Shown here piece after piece: positions 1 through 12,403 of a stretch of 64,000 nt of DNA. The first letter of the stretch is position 1; the number at the start of each line of letters is the position of its first letter. Below the pieces are notes generated by a model. The model was not told where the DNA came from and did not search any database. It worked only from the letters and a program-made list of their open reading frames with translations. Both the position numbers and the translations under genes were made by a program. The stretch comes from Neodothiora populina (taxonomy: Eukaryota), in NCBI RefSeq assembly GCF_041146345.1, contig NW_027191419.1, positions 434,001 to 498,000 of the forward strand, written 5' to 3'.

Positions 1-3000
1 AGGCATAAAGATCGTTGAAGTCGATGCGCTCTGGGGTCATCATACCTAGCGTGAGCCGACCGAACACCATTGGCAATACTGTCAGGCAGACACCAGTGCC
101 AGCGGCGAACAGCCAGAGGCTGAAGATGAATAGCGAGATTCGCAAGCGAAACCAAGGTGGGATGTAGACCTTGGTAAAATTCTTGTTCTTACGTCCATGC
201 AGGCCAGTCCGAGGATCTGGTCGGCCGTCGACTCGCCTGTTATCCGCAGTGACCTCGAGGAAAACCTTGTCGCCCTTGGGGATTCTGACCTGGTCTGAGG
301 CTGGCGCGCGAACATACTTGCCATCACGCACGAATTCGGCCTTCCGCGAATCGCCAGGAGCCGTTGAGGAAGGCATCTTAACAGTGTAGCCTTCTTCATC
401 CCTCCTTCTGTCACCGAAGAGGAAATGAGACAGGCGTAAAGCCCTTGCGCAGTACTGCAACCAGGACTTGAAGATATCCTCGAGACCTTGTGACGGTAGG
501 AGGTGGCGCGCCACGATAGGTGCAACAAGATTGTATACCAGGAAATCCATGGGGAACTCAAGTAGTGGCTCAGGAGTCGCCCACCGTACGGGGAAGACCC
601 CTGTGAAGATAAGATCGATACCCCAAACAACCCCTCCTAGGCAACAGATGACTAGACCGCCATAGACCATGGCACTGAAGGCTATCTTGCGTAGTTGAGT
701 CGTGACATTCCGCTCGAGAACATCGCGCACAGGATGGAAGGTTGGGTCATCTGGATCTCTGATAAAGTACAGTACTCCTTTGCGCATCACTCTTCGGCAA
801 GCTGAGACGAAAAGTGCAAAGTGGAACATGTAGCAAGTGCCGATGAACCAGTGGATGAATGCGAACATCCAAGGCGACCGCAATGCGAAAAGCACTCGAA
901 TGCCGATAGAGGCCTGTCCGAACAAAGGCAAGAGGGCAAAGTCGAGAAGCATACCGCAGTACAACGGGAAAGCAAGCATCTCGATACTGATGATGAGAAT
1001 GACCTTCAATACGCCACCAGCCTGCTTCAGGAAGTCGGTCAAAGCCTTTTCGACTCTCTGTAGGCCAGGATTGCTAAACAATGGCTCTTGTCTCAGCAAA
1101 TACATCGTGCCAATTGTGGCGAGGAAAATGTAACCCGCAAGAATAGTCATGCAACGGTCGGTTGCGCTCCAGTATGCCAGCGACGGATCCAAGTGCGTGG
1201 GCGCTCTATGATCTGTCAGGATCAACGTGCCGTTGTCGATGCTAGTCGCAAAGCTATTGCGCAGGTAACCTTGAGCGAGTAAGTAATACCTCTTCGCTTG
1301 TGCCAGTTCTCGCGCAAAACATGTCATCAGAGAGCTTAGGATCTGCCCAGTCGTGGATCGCTGTAGATGATTGGTTAACTTTGCAGCGACATGCACTGAG
1401 AACGCCACGACTTGGGCGGCCTCTTTTTGCAAAGTTTGCAAAGATTGGTGTGCATGAAGCGATACCACGAAGACTCCAGCTTCAAACGGACTGTCTTTGG
1501 CAAAGAGACCCGACAAGCGACTGCCAGCCGCGGTGATTGCATTGTGGGCGCGTACAGCTACAAAATCGAAGGACTTTGCCTCGACCTTCGTGTATGTGAC
1601 TCGAAAGATCCAAGCTGAGACATGAGATAACAGTTGCGCAGCAAAGTAAGTCACCAGGCCGCCAAGATATATGGTCGAGTCGATGAGAGCGTCAGAGACC
1701 AGGGAAATTATTTTGATAGGCGCCATGATGGAGAAGACAATTGGATCACCAAGGAACAAGAGGGCAAACTTGCCGAACATGTATGGAGCACCCAGGGCAG
1801 CCCACAGGGTTGTCGTTATGAGGACACCGCAGAACATGGCTGTTTGGAGTAGCCCAACCAGTGGACCTTGCATGCCGATAAGTTCCAAGATTCCCTCGAG
1901 ATCTTCTGCCTCGTCCAACGCATCGGCATCAAGACCAACATCGGCCGCAGCCTGAGCAACTTCCGGGTCTTGAGCGGGAACGTCATTGTCGAGACCCGCG
2001 GGAACATCACCTCCAGGGCCAGGTACACGCACAAAAGGCTCTTCTTCTGCTTCGTTGCCAATGATAGCTTCAACGAACGCATCCGCATTCTGCTGTCCCA
2101 GGCCATCAGCATCAGCAGTGATGTCGCCCCAGAAGTAGTCGTAGATGCTCTGCAGCACATTTACAGTGGGCGCATCGACAGCAGTCTCCGGTTGGGCTGG
2201 CGAAGTCTGTTCCGAGTTTTCAGGATAAGCGTCCGGGTCTGTACCTTGAGCTGAATCATGAACTGGCTCGCCATTATGTTGAGAGTCTCCCTCGTCAACC
2301 ACTTGCGGTTGATGTGCAGCTATGGGCTCGTCAACTTGATTGGATGATGATGTTGCATCGATAGTAGGCGCCGGCACTTCAGGAGATGCATGAGGATCCC
2401 TGTCTGACGATTGGGCTGGTTCATGATCAAGGTGCTCTGTGTCCTGGAGTCCTCTTCCTGCATTCTGCTCATGTTCGTCATCTGAGTGGGTAACAGTGCC
2501 ATCGCGTTGATCCTGGGCTGAATGATCGACCGTTTGCCAGCTATCCTCGCTACTCCTACGTTCTACTTCATGAGCGCCTTGGCCGTCTCCTTCCCAGGCA
2601 TGCAACATTTCTTCCTGGGAGGACGCAGGGGCTCTTGGGGGATCAACAGGGGGTCTATTTGCATTCTCATTTGCATTGTCGCCCTCAGCATCTGCTTGTG
2701 GCGGATAGGCCAAAAACGGCGAAGGCTGTTCACTGCCCGGTGTTTGTGCATCTGCAAGTTCTGTGGTTGCATCTCGGTCATATGGTTGTTCTGGAGCTTC
2801 GTCCGTATCTGTAGCAGGATTCCCGACGTCATCTGGGGCGCGGTCACGATTCGGAGCGTCCTGCACAAGCCGGTCGATCAATTGAGCAAGATCCTCTTCA
2901 GGTACACGTTGCTGGCGAAGCTGGGCGTCTCGAAGCTGCTGAGCTGCTTGGTCGACAATTTCGACGTGGATCTGCGCATCCCGCAGCTGGGCGGCTGCAT

Positions 3001-3910
3001 TAATGATAGGTTGCTGCTGAACAACCCACTCACGAATCAGAAAGACAAGGATGAAAGCGACGACGATCAGGGCGGTGATGATTTGGCCCTCGAGGATGTC
3101 AAGAATGGATCTGTTGAGGTAAGGAGACGAGGTCAAAGAATTCAACGATTTGACATCAGAGAGCAAGGACGAGGAAGCAGCTCGGGCGATAAGCGAGACA
3201 GGGTCTGTGTCATCACCAACTTTCTGGGAAGAGAAAGGGCGCCATGGGCCAAGCAAGGCTGTGATGATCACCTTGGACAAGTTCAGAACAACAGGTTCCG
3301 GGGAGGTATCGATTGGAGGCGAGGTAATTGTGGTGGCATTAAGCGAAGCTTCTACCGAATCGGCAAGACTGATCGATGACGCGGTCTGCGCAATTGTGTT
3401 CTCCTCTTTGGCGAGCCATGCGTCTCTCGCCCAGCCAGCATCTAACAGCCAGAACAAACCTCGCCACGACCATCGGATGCACCAGGGTAGCACCAGCAGC
3501 CACACAGTAGCGACAGCCAAGCCGCGGGCCCATGTGAGAAGGTGTTGAACCGTATGTAGTGCAGCCTTGCGCAAGAATATATGCAGTGGTAGTGTGGCGG
3601 GCATGTGCGAGTCGTATAGCTTGGTGAAGCGGAATGCAGTCTTGCAAAGCTCGCAGTATTTCTTGTTGGAGTGTGACAACCATTCCATAAGACAGTCTTG
3701 GTGGACGTATTTGATGCTTCCGCTACACTTGCAGGGAAAGAACAGAGGTTCTGCATGTGTGCCTTCGCTACGACATATCCGGCAAGTGTCTGCTTCACTG
3801 AGTGCTTTATCGGCTGTGGTACTATCGACAGAATCAAATGTCGTGTCGTTCATCAGACCAGGCGAGATGGCCATTTCGTTGTCCAGCGCCGAGGGATATT
3901 GAGGATCCAT
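1..3910 (-). CDS. DOA10: ERAD E3 ubiquitin ligase Doa10/Ssm4/MARCH6 (RING-CH + multi-pass membrane), 3' end outside the window
   Basis: Manual minus-strand translation from the ATG at 3910 gives MDPQYPSALDNE...DTCRICRSEGTHAEPLFFPCKCSGSIKYVHQDCLMEWLSHSNKKYCELCK, a C4HC3 RING-CH, followed by hydrophobic segments. The same frame reads ...GRLTLGMMTPERIDFNDLYA at the window edge. It is absent from the ORF track, consistent with no stop inside the window. Confidence 0.93.
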   Translation of the reverse strand, partial: MDPQYPSALDNEMAISPGLMNDTTFDSVDSTTADKALSEADTCRICRSEGTHAEPLFFPCKCSGSIKYVHQDCLMEWLSHSNKKYCELCKTAFRFTKLYDSHMPATLPLHIFLRKAALHTVQHLLTWARGLAVATVWLLVLPWCIRWSWRGLFWLLDAGWARDAWLAKEENTIAQTASSISLADSVEASLNATTITSPPIDTSPEPVVLNLSKVIITALLGPWRPFSSQKVGDDTDPVSLIARAASSSLLSDVKSLNSLTSSPYLNRSILDILEGQIITALIVVAFILVFLIREWVVQQQPIINAAAQLRDAQIHVEIVDQAAQQLRDAQLRQQRVPEEDLAQLIDRLVQDAPNRDRAPDDVGNPATDTDEAPEQPYDRDATTELADAQTPGSEQPSPFLAYPPQADAEGDNANENANRPPVDPPRAPASSQEEMLHAWEGDGQGAHEVERRSSEDSWQTVDHSAQDQRDGTVTHSDDEHEQNAGRGLQDTEHLDHEPAQSSDRDPHASPEVPAPTIDATSSSNQVDEPIAAHQPQVVDEGDSQHNGEPVHDSAQGTDPDAYPENSEQTSPAQPETAVDAPTVNVLQSIYDYFWGDITADADGLGQQNADAFVEAIIGNEAEEEPFVRVPGPGGDVPAGLDNDVPAQDPEVAQAAADVGLDADALDEAEDLEGILELIGMQGPLVGLLQTAMFCGVLITTTLWAALGAPYMFGKFALLFLGDPIVFSIMAPIKIISLVSDALIDSTIYLGGLVTYFAAQLLSHVSAWIFRVTYTKVEAKSFDFVAVRAHNAITAAGSRLSGLFAKDSPFEAGVFVVSLHAHQSLQTLQKEAAQVVAFSVHVAAKLTNHLQRSTTGQILSSLMTCFARELAQAKRYYLLAQGYLRNSFATSIDNGTLILTDHRAPTHLDPSLAYWSATDRCMTILAGYIFLATIGTMYLLRQEPLFSNPGLQRVEKALTDFLKQAGGVLKVILIISIEMLAFPLYCGMLLDFALLPLFGQASIGIRVLFALRSPWMFAFIHWFIGTCYMFHFALFVSACRRVMRKGVLYFIRDPDDPTFHPVRDVLERNVTTQLRKIAFSAMVYGGLVICCLGGVVWGIDLIFTGVFPVRWATPEPLLEFPMDFLVYNLVAPIVARHLLPSQGLEDIFKSWLQYCARALRLSHFLFGDRRRDEEGYTVKMPSSTAPGDSRKAEFVRDGKYVRAPASDQVRIPKGDKVFLEVTADNRRVDGRPDPRTGLHGRKNKNFTKVYIPPWFRLRISLFIFSLWLFAAGTGVCLTVLPMVFGRLTLGMMTPERIDFNDLYA

Positions 3911-4613
3911 CCTGGGAAAGGAGAGCCGGTGTGTGAGGGATCAGCCTCTGTGTGCAGGTAGATGCTTTGTTGTGGTGAGGGTTCAGGCGCCTACAAGAGG
4001 CAGAATCATCGTGGCATCGATAAATGCACGAGGCAAGGCGAGGGGACAGTGACCTGTATTACCAAGGAAGTCGCAGAAGTCGTAGAAGTCGTTGTGATGC
4101 GAGAGGGCGGCCGGTCGCGACGATGATAGATGTAGCGAGCTTGTCCAGCGCCGAGTGAAGGAGCGAGTCGAGTCGAGGTTCGGATTGCGAATCTGGAGTC
4201 TGGAGTGCAGGGCGGAAGTGACGAACGCAACTTACTTGTACTTTTGGCGTTACGGAGTTGTTGCGATTACGATGATTGCTTGTCCCGAGCTTCCTCTGTC
4301 AAGCTTAACGGATCCTGCTTGCATGTGAAGATATAGAGGCAAGATGAGTGTATTCTTAATTGTCTTACTATATCTATACTCTCGTTTTCACATGTCAGAG
4401 TATTTGCAGGTATCCTGATACAAGCATACACCTCCCGTACAAGGGAAGGGACTTTATGCACCCCCCTGCTTAGAGCTCACTGACTCTTCAACAGATTCTA
4501 CCTGACTCGTGTGAGTTTGTGGAGCATGGAACAGGATAGGAACAGGATACCTGAGGTACCTTCCTCCCCATCTCTAGCTACCTCTCTTTTACTTGGCTTA
4601 CTTTATCCTACCT

Positions 4614-6143
4614 TCAGGGGTTGGACCTCACCCAATGCGCGCTTGCACAATCGTTCTTCATCGTCCAGTCCTGGATTCTCTCTACATTCCAACCCGATGT
4701 ATACCTCTGCTGCCCAGTCTCTTCTCGTTTTCTGCCAAGTCGGATGTAGTGTGATAACGCGCAGGCAGTACCATCGTAAACGAACTGGAGGCAAAGCTTG
4801 TTCGCTTCACAGGCCATCTTGCAATGTTCGAAGGAAGTATGGGCGATCCCTTGCGTTGGATAGATCTTACCGCTCTCATCCGTATTATCCCAGTCCTCTA
4901 TGACAGTAATAATCTGAGGGGCAATGTATTGAAACAAGTCTTTGAACAAGAGTGGATGCTGACACTTGATAAAGGAAAAGTACAAAAGTTATTGAGGACA
5001 TCAAACTTACTGTGCCTATCGTTCTGGCTCTCCAATCTTCGATCCACTGCCAGAGTCCCTGCATGTCCTCCCCGTTAAGGTGATGTAACGAGATAACTGG
5101 CTCACACCAAGTATTCTTCCCGAATGAAACAGTAGCTGGAATCTCTCCGTTGAACATTGGCCAGTATCCCTTCAGACTGACTCCTTTCGCCTTGAGCGCT
5201 CTCGCGAGAGCTTCGTCGCCACAACATAACGTAGTCGTGTTCAGGCCGTACTGACTGTATAGCAGCCGTACTGGCTCACGCGAGCTACTTGTAGGGCTGT
5301 TCAGTGCTTTTAGTGCCCCATACGACAAGACATAGGCGCTGCCGCCATGTGCGAATTGCAGTCTTGGCAGCCATACCGGGCTGCCAATATAGGTTTGTTT
5401 TTCGGCATCCAAATGCTCTAACAATACAAGAAGATTGTCCCATTCGACAAATGTGTCTATATCTATGAACACGAACCATCTCTTCCACTGTGTGTCGACA
5501 ACATCCTGCTGCGTTCTCCAGATCTTGCGGTTCATAGCTAGGTTCATGCTGTCAAGGACGGGAAGTCAGCATTGGCTCTTCTGAACCTTGACTGTCGCTG
5601 CTCTTGGCAATGCCGTCGTTCCCCGAAATGGTAAGGTAAGTAAGGGAAGATAAGGCACTTATCACTTGGCCAAATCCCATCCGCCTTCCATTGATCTTGT
5701 ATCCTTCCCTTGATGTTGATACTCTTGCTGTGCGTCATATAAGGCAAATTCTGGGTAGCCTGCGCGCTCTTCCGCCGAGAGATCGGCATAGGCGTCGTGA
5801 ACATGATACAGATCTACTTGATCTTCCATATCCGAGAAGAGGATGACATTCTGACGGGGGATCTTGGAAAGAATTGTATCAAGTTGAGAACGAAGTCTGC
5901 TTTTGGGCTCTGAGCCCCCTGTCTTGACTACGACTAGTAAGTCCTGGGCAACCTTTGTCTTGGAAGCTGTGCATAATCGTTCGAATGGCGACGGGCCTGT
6001 GCAGGGCGTCCAGGTCCAAGCATGGTAGCGCCGTGCGCGAAGATGAAGAAGACTCCATAGAGATTGAAGCAGTAAAATGCGATACCGAGGCCGAGAAGAC
6101 CTTTCAATGCCCTTCTGATGTAGCGTGGATAGCACAATGCCAT
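4614..6143 (-). pseudogene. Glycosyltransferase family 31 (Fringe/core-1 beta-1,3-galactosyltransferase-like), apparently disrupted
   Basis: Type II membrane anchor at the N-terminus, then VVVKTGG, LFSD, GGWDLAK, WFVFIDIDT (DxD), FAHGGSAYVLS, CCGD, WCEPVISLHH and a Cys-containing C-terminus. Introns at about 5549-5665 and 4959-5010. The N-terminal anchor and the catalytic domain are in different frames (switch near 6028), and the first intron donor is non-canonical. Confidence 0.7.
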
Positions 6144-6913
6144 TACCTGGGTACCTTACTTATCTCCTTATATAGCAGATATAGGGAGATGAACCTCTTA
6201 ATTGTGTTGCCTACAGGGATCTATGAACCTATGTATTGTGTACCAAGGTTTGCACAAGCACACTCAGCCGGACTAGCGCATGTCAGCCCGCTCTCAATCT
6301 AACCTATCTTGAGCCATCCCCACCAGGAAAACTAGGCCCTGGGGAGTGGCCTGCTATTGCTATAAGTGGGAAGGTCAAGCAACCGTGGACGAGCTCGAAG
6401 GATCAGAAGCAGACGCGGGTTGACGTCACAAGCCGCACGCGACATGATCAGTACGAAGACACAATTCCCCAAACTTACTGGCAAGCCACCAAACAGGCTT
6501 CGACAGGTCCGTTCCAAGACTGCCTTTCCTTACCTCATTTTGCTGCGGCATAAGGGCTCTTGTGTCCATCAAACTTACCTACGTATACAATCGCAGGCCC
6601 AGGCACAGAGAAGCAATTTCTCCGCGCTTCCCCTGTTATTCTTCCCAATCAGCTCACCAGAGTGCGCCCTGCTTCCTGCTTTTTCCTCATAGCGATCAAA
6701 TCGTAGATTTGTTGTTGTGTTGTGAAGATATCTTTGTCTTTGTACAGTGATTCCGCTTCTCCCGTGCGTCTAGCAGCTTCCCTCCGCTGAAGTTGATAAT
6801 CAATCCACGGTCAATCTACGAATTTGCTTGATGTTGCTGTGAGGTTTCACCAAGTCCCTCGCCCGCTGCATCGCAACTTTCTCTCTGCTCGTGCATCAGC
6901 TGTTGCCACTACC

Positions 6914-9900
6914 ATGGCAGTACAGGCTAATGGCCAGGCGAAGCAGCCAAACGCCTCCAAAGCAACTGCTTCGTCAAGATCGCGTCCCCAGCCGAGACAA
7001 TCTTTTCTTGCTCGTCTCACGAGCATAGCTGTCAGGTATGTTTGTGCACTGTCTTGGACTCTACGCAGTATGCGTTTCCTCTTAGAAGCTAACCTCCTTC
7101 CTTTTCCGACAGACTCTTCATCTGGTACAGCGCACTTACTGTTCTCTTCCGCTGTCCAAGCTCTCCCAAGGACTTGACAGCTGAGACACCCGCCATCTGT
7201 GAACCATACTTCAACCTGCGTGCCGCCGCAATTCCGCATGTCCAACCCTACTATGATACTTATCTCGCCCCTTATGCTGAAAAGGCCCAGCCTTACTATG
7301 AAAAGGCAAGGACCCAGGTTTACGTCCCTGCCGTAGCTCTAGCTCAAAAGCATGGTGCACCTCGTCTCGCCCAAGCTCAGAAGTACGGCGAGAAGGAGTG
7401 GAAGCGCACGATACTGCCTCGAGTCGAGTCCGCCAAGAAGGAGTTGATCAAGCAATATGACGCCTCTCTCGGCCCGCACGTTCAGAAGGTCAGCGACCGC
7501 GTCAGGCCCTACTACGACTCTGTCAAAACTTCGACTACGGACTTCTACGAGTTGGAATTGCGCCCAGCTTACAAGCACACTGCTCCTCACGCTTACAAGC
7601 TCTATACTCGCGTGAGCTACTTCGCCATCAACACAGCTCTGCCATACGCCCAGTGGAGCACTGATCTGACCAGGACCTTCATCTTGCGCCAGATCTGGCC
7701 GCGTCTGCAGGTTTTGTACGGAGAGAATGTCGAGCCCCAGATCTTCAAGATCAGCCAGAGGCTTGGACGCTACCGCGATGAGAAGAAGATCGAGTCTGCA
7801 GCTGATGCTGTTCTTTCAAGCTCATCTGCCGCCTCCTCAATCCCTACTGCCTCTACCTCGATAGCCTCGTCCATCTCCAGTTCCATCGAATCTGTCGTCA
7901 CCAAAGCGTCGAGTGCCATTGTAGCCACCCCCTCCATGGCCGCACCAGAAGAGTCGGCAGGAGCAGCCGAGCTGTTTGCCCAAGATATGGAGATCTGGGA
8001 GGATCAAGTCGCTAAAGCTGTCAGTGAGGGTGCTGACCATCTGAAGGAGCGGGTCGACGAGATCTGCCATCGTCTTGTTGATGCTCAAGTCAAGAACGTT
8101 GGAGAGCCTCTCATCATCCAGTTGGAGGAAGGCTCTGCATCAGCATTCAGATCTCTCAAGGCCAAGGTCGAGACGGTCATCGCCGGCCTCCCAGAGGATG
8201 CGACACAGGAGCAGACATCTGCTGCTGAGGATAAGATCATGTCCGAAGTCCGCAAAGCAGGTCAGACCGTGAAGCAGAAGGCTCAGTCCGTGCGCGAATG
8301 GAGGCACGCATATGACAGCGAGACGACCAACTCCATCGAGGCCGCTGCTAACTCTACTCTGGAGACCATTGATAACATTAGGGATCTCCGCTTGCAGGAT
8401 ATTGGCAGACGGTGGGCCTCCCACAGCGCAATCACCCACAAGGATTGGGCCAAGTACAACGAACTCAAGAAGGCCTCGTCAAAATGGCGCAACGATGTTG
8501 AGGCTGTTGCGCTCCAGCATCCTCGTCTAACCGAAGCCAGAAAAGCTGCCACCGATATCGAAGAAAGAGCCATTGCCGCTGCTGAGGTCGCCGCCAAGGA
8601 GCTGGCCAGGCTAAAAGACGCTGCCGTGTGGAAGCTCGAGGCCAGAGACTCCTCGGATGATTTCGAGACCAAGTACGTTCCCGCGGCAGCAGTCAAGGCG
8701 AAGCAGAGCGTTCGCGTTGCGGCATCGGGTGTCAAAGAGGCTGTCGTCGGCTCATCCCAAGGATCGGTCGAGTCAGCAAGTTCTGTGGCCTCGTCGAAGG
8801 CCGCGGACATAGCTTCCAGCGCATCTGAGGCAGTGTTGGGTACACAAACTGGCTCTATCGAAAGTGTTGCCTCTGTGGCATCAGCTAAGATCATTGGCAC
8901 TGAACAATCTGGCCCTGAGAGTGTTGCATCGGTCATTAGCGAAAGCGCAGCTGTCGTTGGTGAGAGCGCTCGCAGCGCTGCCTCGGCCGCATCTGAGACG
9001 GTCATCGGTACCGAACCAGGAATCGCCGAGCAGGCTGCAACCAAAGCTTCTGAAGCAATCTATGGTAGCGAAACTCCCATCATCGAAAGCGTCTCATCTG
9101 CCATCAGCTCGCGTGTCAAAGACGTGCCCGTCATAAACGAGGCTAGCCTCGGGCCCAAAGCAGCAAGTGCCCTGAGTGCGGCCAAGTCGCAAGGCAGTGC
9201 TGCAAGTGCTTCAATCGCTTCTGTAGCTTCAGACCCTAGCTCTGTCGCATCTGATATCTCCAGCAGCGTTGCCGCAGGCGCCTCTGAACTTTCGGCTAGT
9301 GTCGATTCGGCCGCGTCGCAAGTCTCCGAGGCCGTTCCAGAGATGCCCGCTGTGTCGACTGCGTCTGAGACGGTATCTAAGAAGGTCTGGGGCGGTGCGA
9401 TGGCGCAAGCCGTGCCAAGTGGTCGCTCAATCGTTCTGGATGATGACATCGTCGACGACGATGAGTCGTACTCCCATAAGGCGCAGGCAATGATTTCAAA
9501 GGCCGGAGACAGGGCCGCAGAATTGACGCAGGCTATCCAAGACGCAATTAACCCGACACCTACCCAAGGCTCTGTCGAATCGATTACCTCTCTAGCCAGC
9601 GCTCAGTACGAAAGTGCTCTTTCGGCTGCTAGCAGTGTACTCTTTGGCACAGAGCAAGGCACAGGAGAAAGTATTGCCAGCGTCGCAAGTGAGAAATATT
9701 CGGAAGCTGTGGTAGCGTAAGTTCTACTCCCGATACTCTATGCCAAAGGCCCTATATGCTCATCATGCTAACGTTGCGTAGTGCCGCCAACGCTATCTAC
9801 GGCACTCCAAGCCCTGTATCCTCGCTGGCTTCCAGCATCGCTGTAACAGGTTCCTCGTTGACCAGCGAGGTAGCACACCAAGCTTCTTCTCGGTTCAGTG

Positions 9901-11645
9901 AAGCTTCCAGCCTTGCTGCATCTCACTACTCCGTGGCGAAGTCGGCAGTCTCAACTCAGGTTTCGGGCACACCGAAGCCCGTCCACGAGGAAATGGCGTC
10001 TTCGGTCGAGTCGGCTTATTCGGACTCCGTGTCGGTCGCGAGCGAGAAGCTTGAAGCTGCGCTTAGCTATACATCTGTGCTTTCTATCCCGACGGGTAGC
10101 TTCGAGGCTCTGTCGTCTGTCTCTTCCATCGCTTCTTCCAGACTGTCCGAAGGCCTGAGTATGGCATCCGCACAGTACAGCAGCGCCAAGATTGCCGCTG
10201 GTCTGGCACCTACACCCGTTCAGCAAAAGTACATGGCTGAAGCACAAAGGCGATACTACGAGGCTATTGGCTTCGCTCACGATCGATATGGCGCTTTCGA
10301 GTCTGCCGGTCGCGATCTCGTGTCGCAAGCCAGCTCGAGTATCATGCCTTCTCAGACGCCTGCTTACGAGAGTATGCTTTCGGCTGCATCCAGCCAGTAT
10401 AGTGTAGCATCCGTAGCTGCCTCCAGCAGTATGCAAAACCTGCTGTCCTCGGCCAGCTCGATCGTCGATGTCGACCCTTCTGCTGCGATGGCCTCTGCTT
10501 CTAGTCAATACAGTGTCGCTGTCTCGGTTGCATCGGCATCTTTGTCATCTGCCTCTTCGAGGGCTAGCGACGCCGTCTACGGCTCTTCCGTTCCAGCTTA
10601 CGAGAGTGTGCTTTCCGGTGCTCAAAGTCAACTCAGTTCGGCGATATCGGGCACCCAGACGCCCTGGACTGAAGCCATGGCGACTCAAGCAAGCGCCAAC
10701 TGGGAAGCCCTCGTTTCTCGTGCTAGTGAGCAGGTATATGGCTCCCCAACACCCTGGTCAGACTCCATCGTTAGCCAAGCCGGAGACTTCGCTGCGCAGG
10801 CAACGGACGCTGCAGCAGATCAGTACGCTGCTGTTGCCGCTCTGTTTTCCGAGCTTGTCATTGGTCGTGAGCCTGATTTCACCGAGAGCGTGATGAACAG
10901 ACTTCAATCTGCTTACTATACTGGTGCGCCCGCCTTCGCGTCGAGCGCCTCTAGCTACGCTTCAGACGCTTATGCCTCAGCATCCTCGGTCGTGTCTTCC
11001 GCATTCACACCTCCACCTACGGTCGAGGTCATCCTAGAGAGTGCTCAGGAACAGATCAACTCGGCTGTAGACGCCGTCAGTGCTCAGATATATGGCACCA
11101 GCAAGGGCACTTATGAGCAGGCCACCGAAGCTGCTGCCAGCATGTACGAGGATGCTTCGTCCAAAGCGAGTGAGGCCATCTATGGTACCCAGACCGGCTA
11201 TGCCGCAGCAGCCCAGAGTCAGATTGCCGATGCTGCTGCTTCCGCTCAGGAGGCCATTTCTTCTGCCTTGTTCGGCGTCCCGACCCCAACTGGGAATGTT
11301 GAATCTGTCACAGACGCAGCGGCGTCGGTGTACACCTCGCTGAGTTCGGTCGCCTCTGAGAACGTCGATGCTGCAGGAACCAAGATTGTCGACGGGTATG
11401 AGTCCGCCAGCTCGGCCGTAAGCAGTGCCATTCATGGCCCAGAGAAGGGGGCTTTCGAGAGTGCACAGAGCAGAATCAGCGTTGCCATGGAGAGTGCAAG
11501 AAGCAGAATGTCCGACTTTGGTGCCAGTGCCAGCAGTGTCGTAGATGACACTGTATCAAAGGTACAGGATAACGTTCAAGATGCCACAAGCTCCGTCACA
11601 AGCGTTGTTACCTCGGTCAGCAGCATGATCAGAGATGAGCTCTGA
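6914..11645 (+). CDS. Large Ser/Ala-rich ER membrane protein, She10/Osw7-like (often auto-annotated 'transcription factor hoxa13'), C-terminal RDEL
   Basis: ATG at 6914. Introns 7036-7112 (GTATGT..GCTAAC..CAG) and 9717-9781 (GTAAGT..GCTAAC..TAG) join ORFs 7174-9720 and 9756-11645. N-terminal TM (LFIWYSALTVLFRCP), helical/coiled region, repeated ASEAIYGT-like motifs, ends RDEL. Confidence 0.75.
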
Positions 11646-12403
11646 GCTAATGTCAAGGGTGGCATTGGCTCAGCCTCGCCATCATTCAACGAAAACAAAA
11701 ACTACAACAACAATTGGAGTGGTGAGAAAATGAAAGTAGACGAAGATGAAGCCAAGGGGTAGACAGTGTTAGTTCCCGAGGGAAGCAGACGGATGGATCT
11801 TGTGCATATTTGACAGGAATGATGACGAGGCATGAGTTATAATCACGAAGCGTTAGTTTAACTTTTATACCACTGTATCAAGACTGTACTTTAAGCATAG
11901 AACGTGGGTTGTATGTGTGTATGAGCTTGGGATACTGGTCACGCTCTTCCTCTGCCTCATGCTTTAGCTTTTACCACTAGGATTAATCACGTTAAAGCAG
12001 ACAACTTTGGGCGCGCGCTTGTCTTGAATGTTCTAAACTCTGGTCTGTGATGGAGCTACTTTTAGTATACAGTATCGGAGGCATCTCTTTATCTCAGCCA
12101 ACCAAGAATACCACGACAGAGTACGTATGCATGCTACGAAGGGCCAAGATACTATATGCTGGAAAGGCCATTGTCGTGTGACAACCATGGGTGGCGGTGG
12201 TCCTGACGCGTAAGGCACCTGCACACAACCCCCGACAGCAAGCAAGGGAGGCTGAGCATCATGATGCTGCCAAGAAGCGACAAGTCGGCTCGAGCATTCA
12301 TATGTCCGCTGTAGTCGCATACCGCATTCACCGTCCAGCTATATCAAGTTCAGGATATTGTCTTTCCGTTCTACTCAGCAACATCTGGTCGTACGGTCAA
12401 ATC

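Noticed and set aside
2522..3379. 285-aa plus-strand ORF and other ORFs over 82-3961
   Set aside because: Antisense or off-frame shadows of the DOA10 CDS, with no independent motifs.
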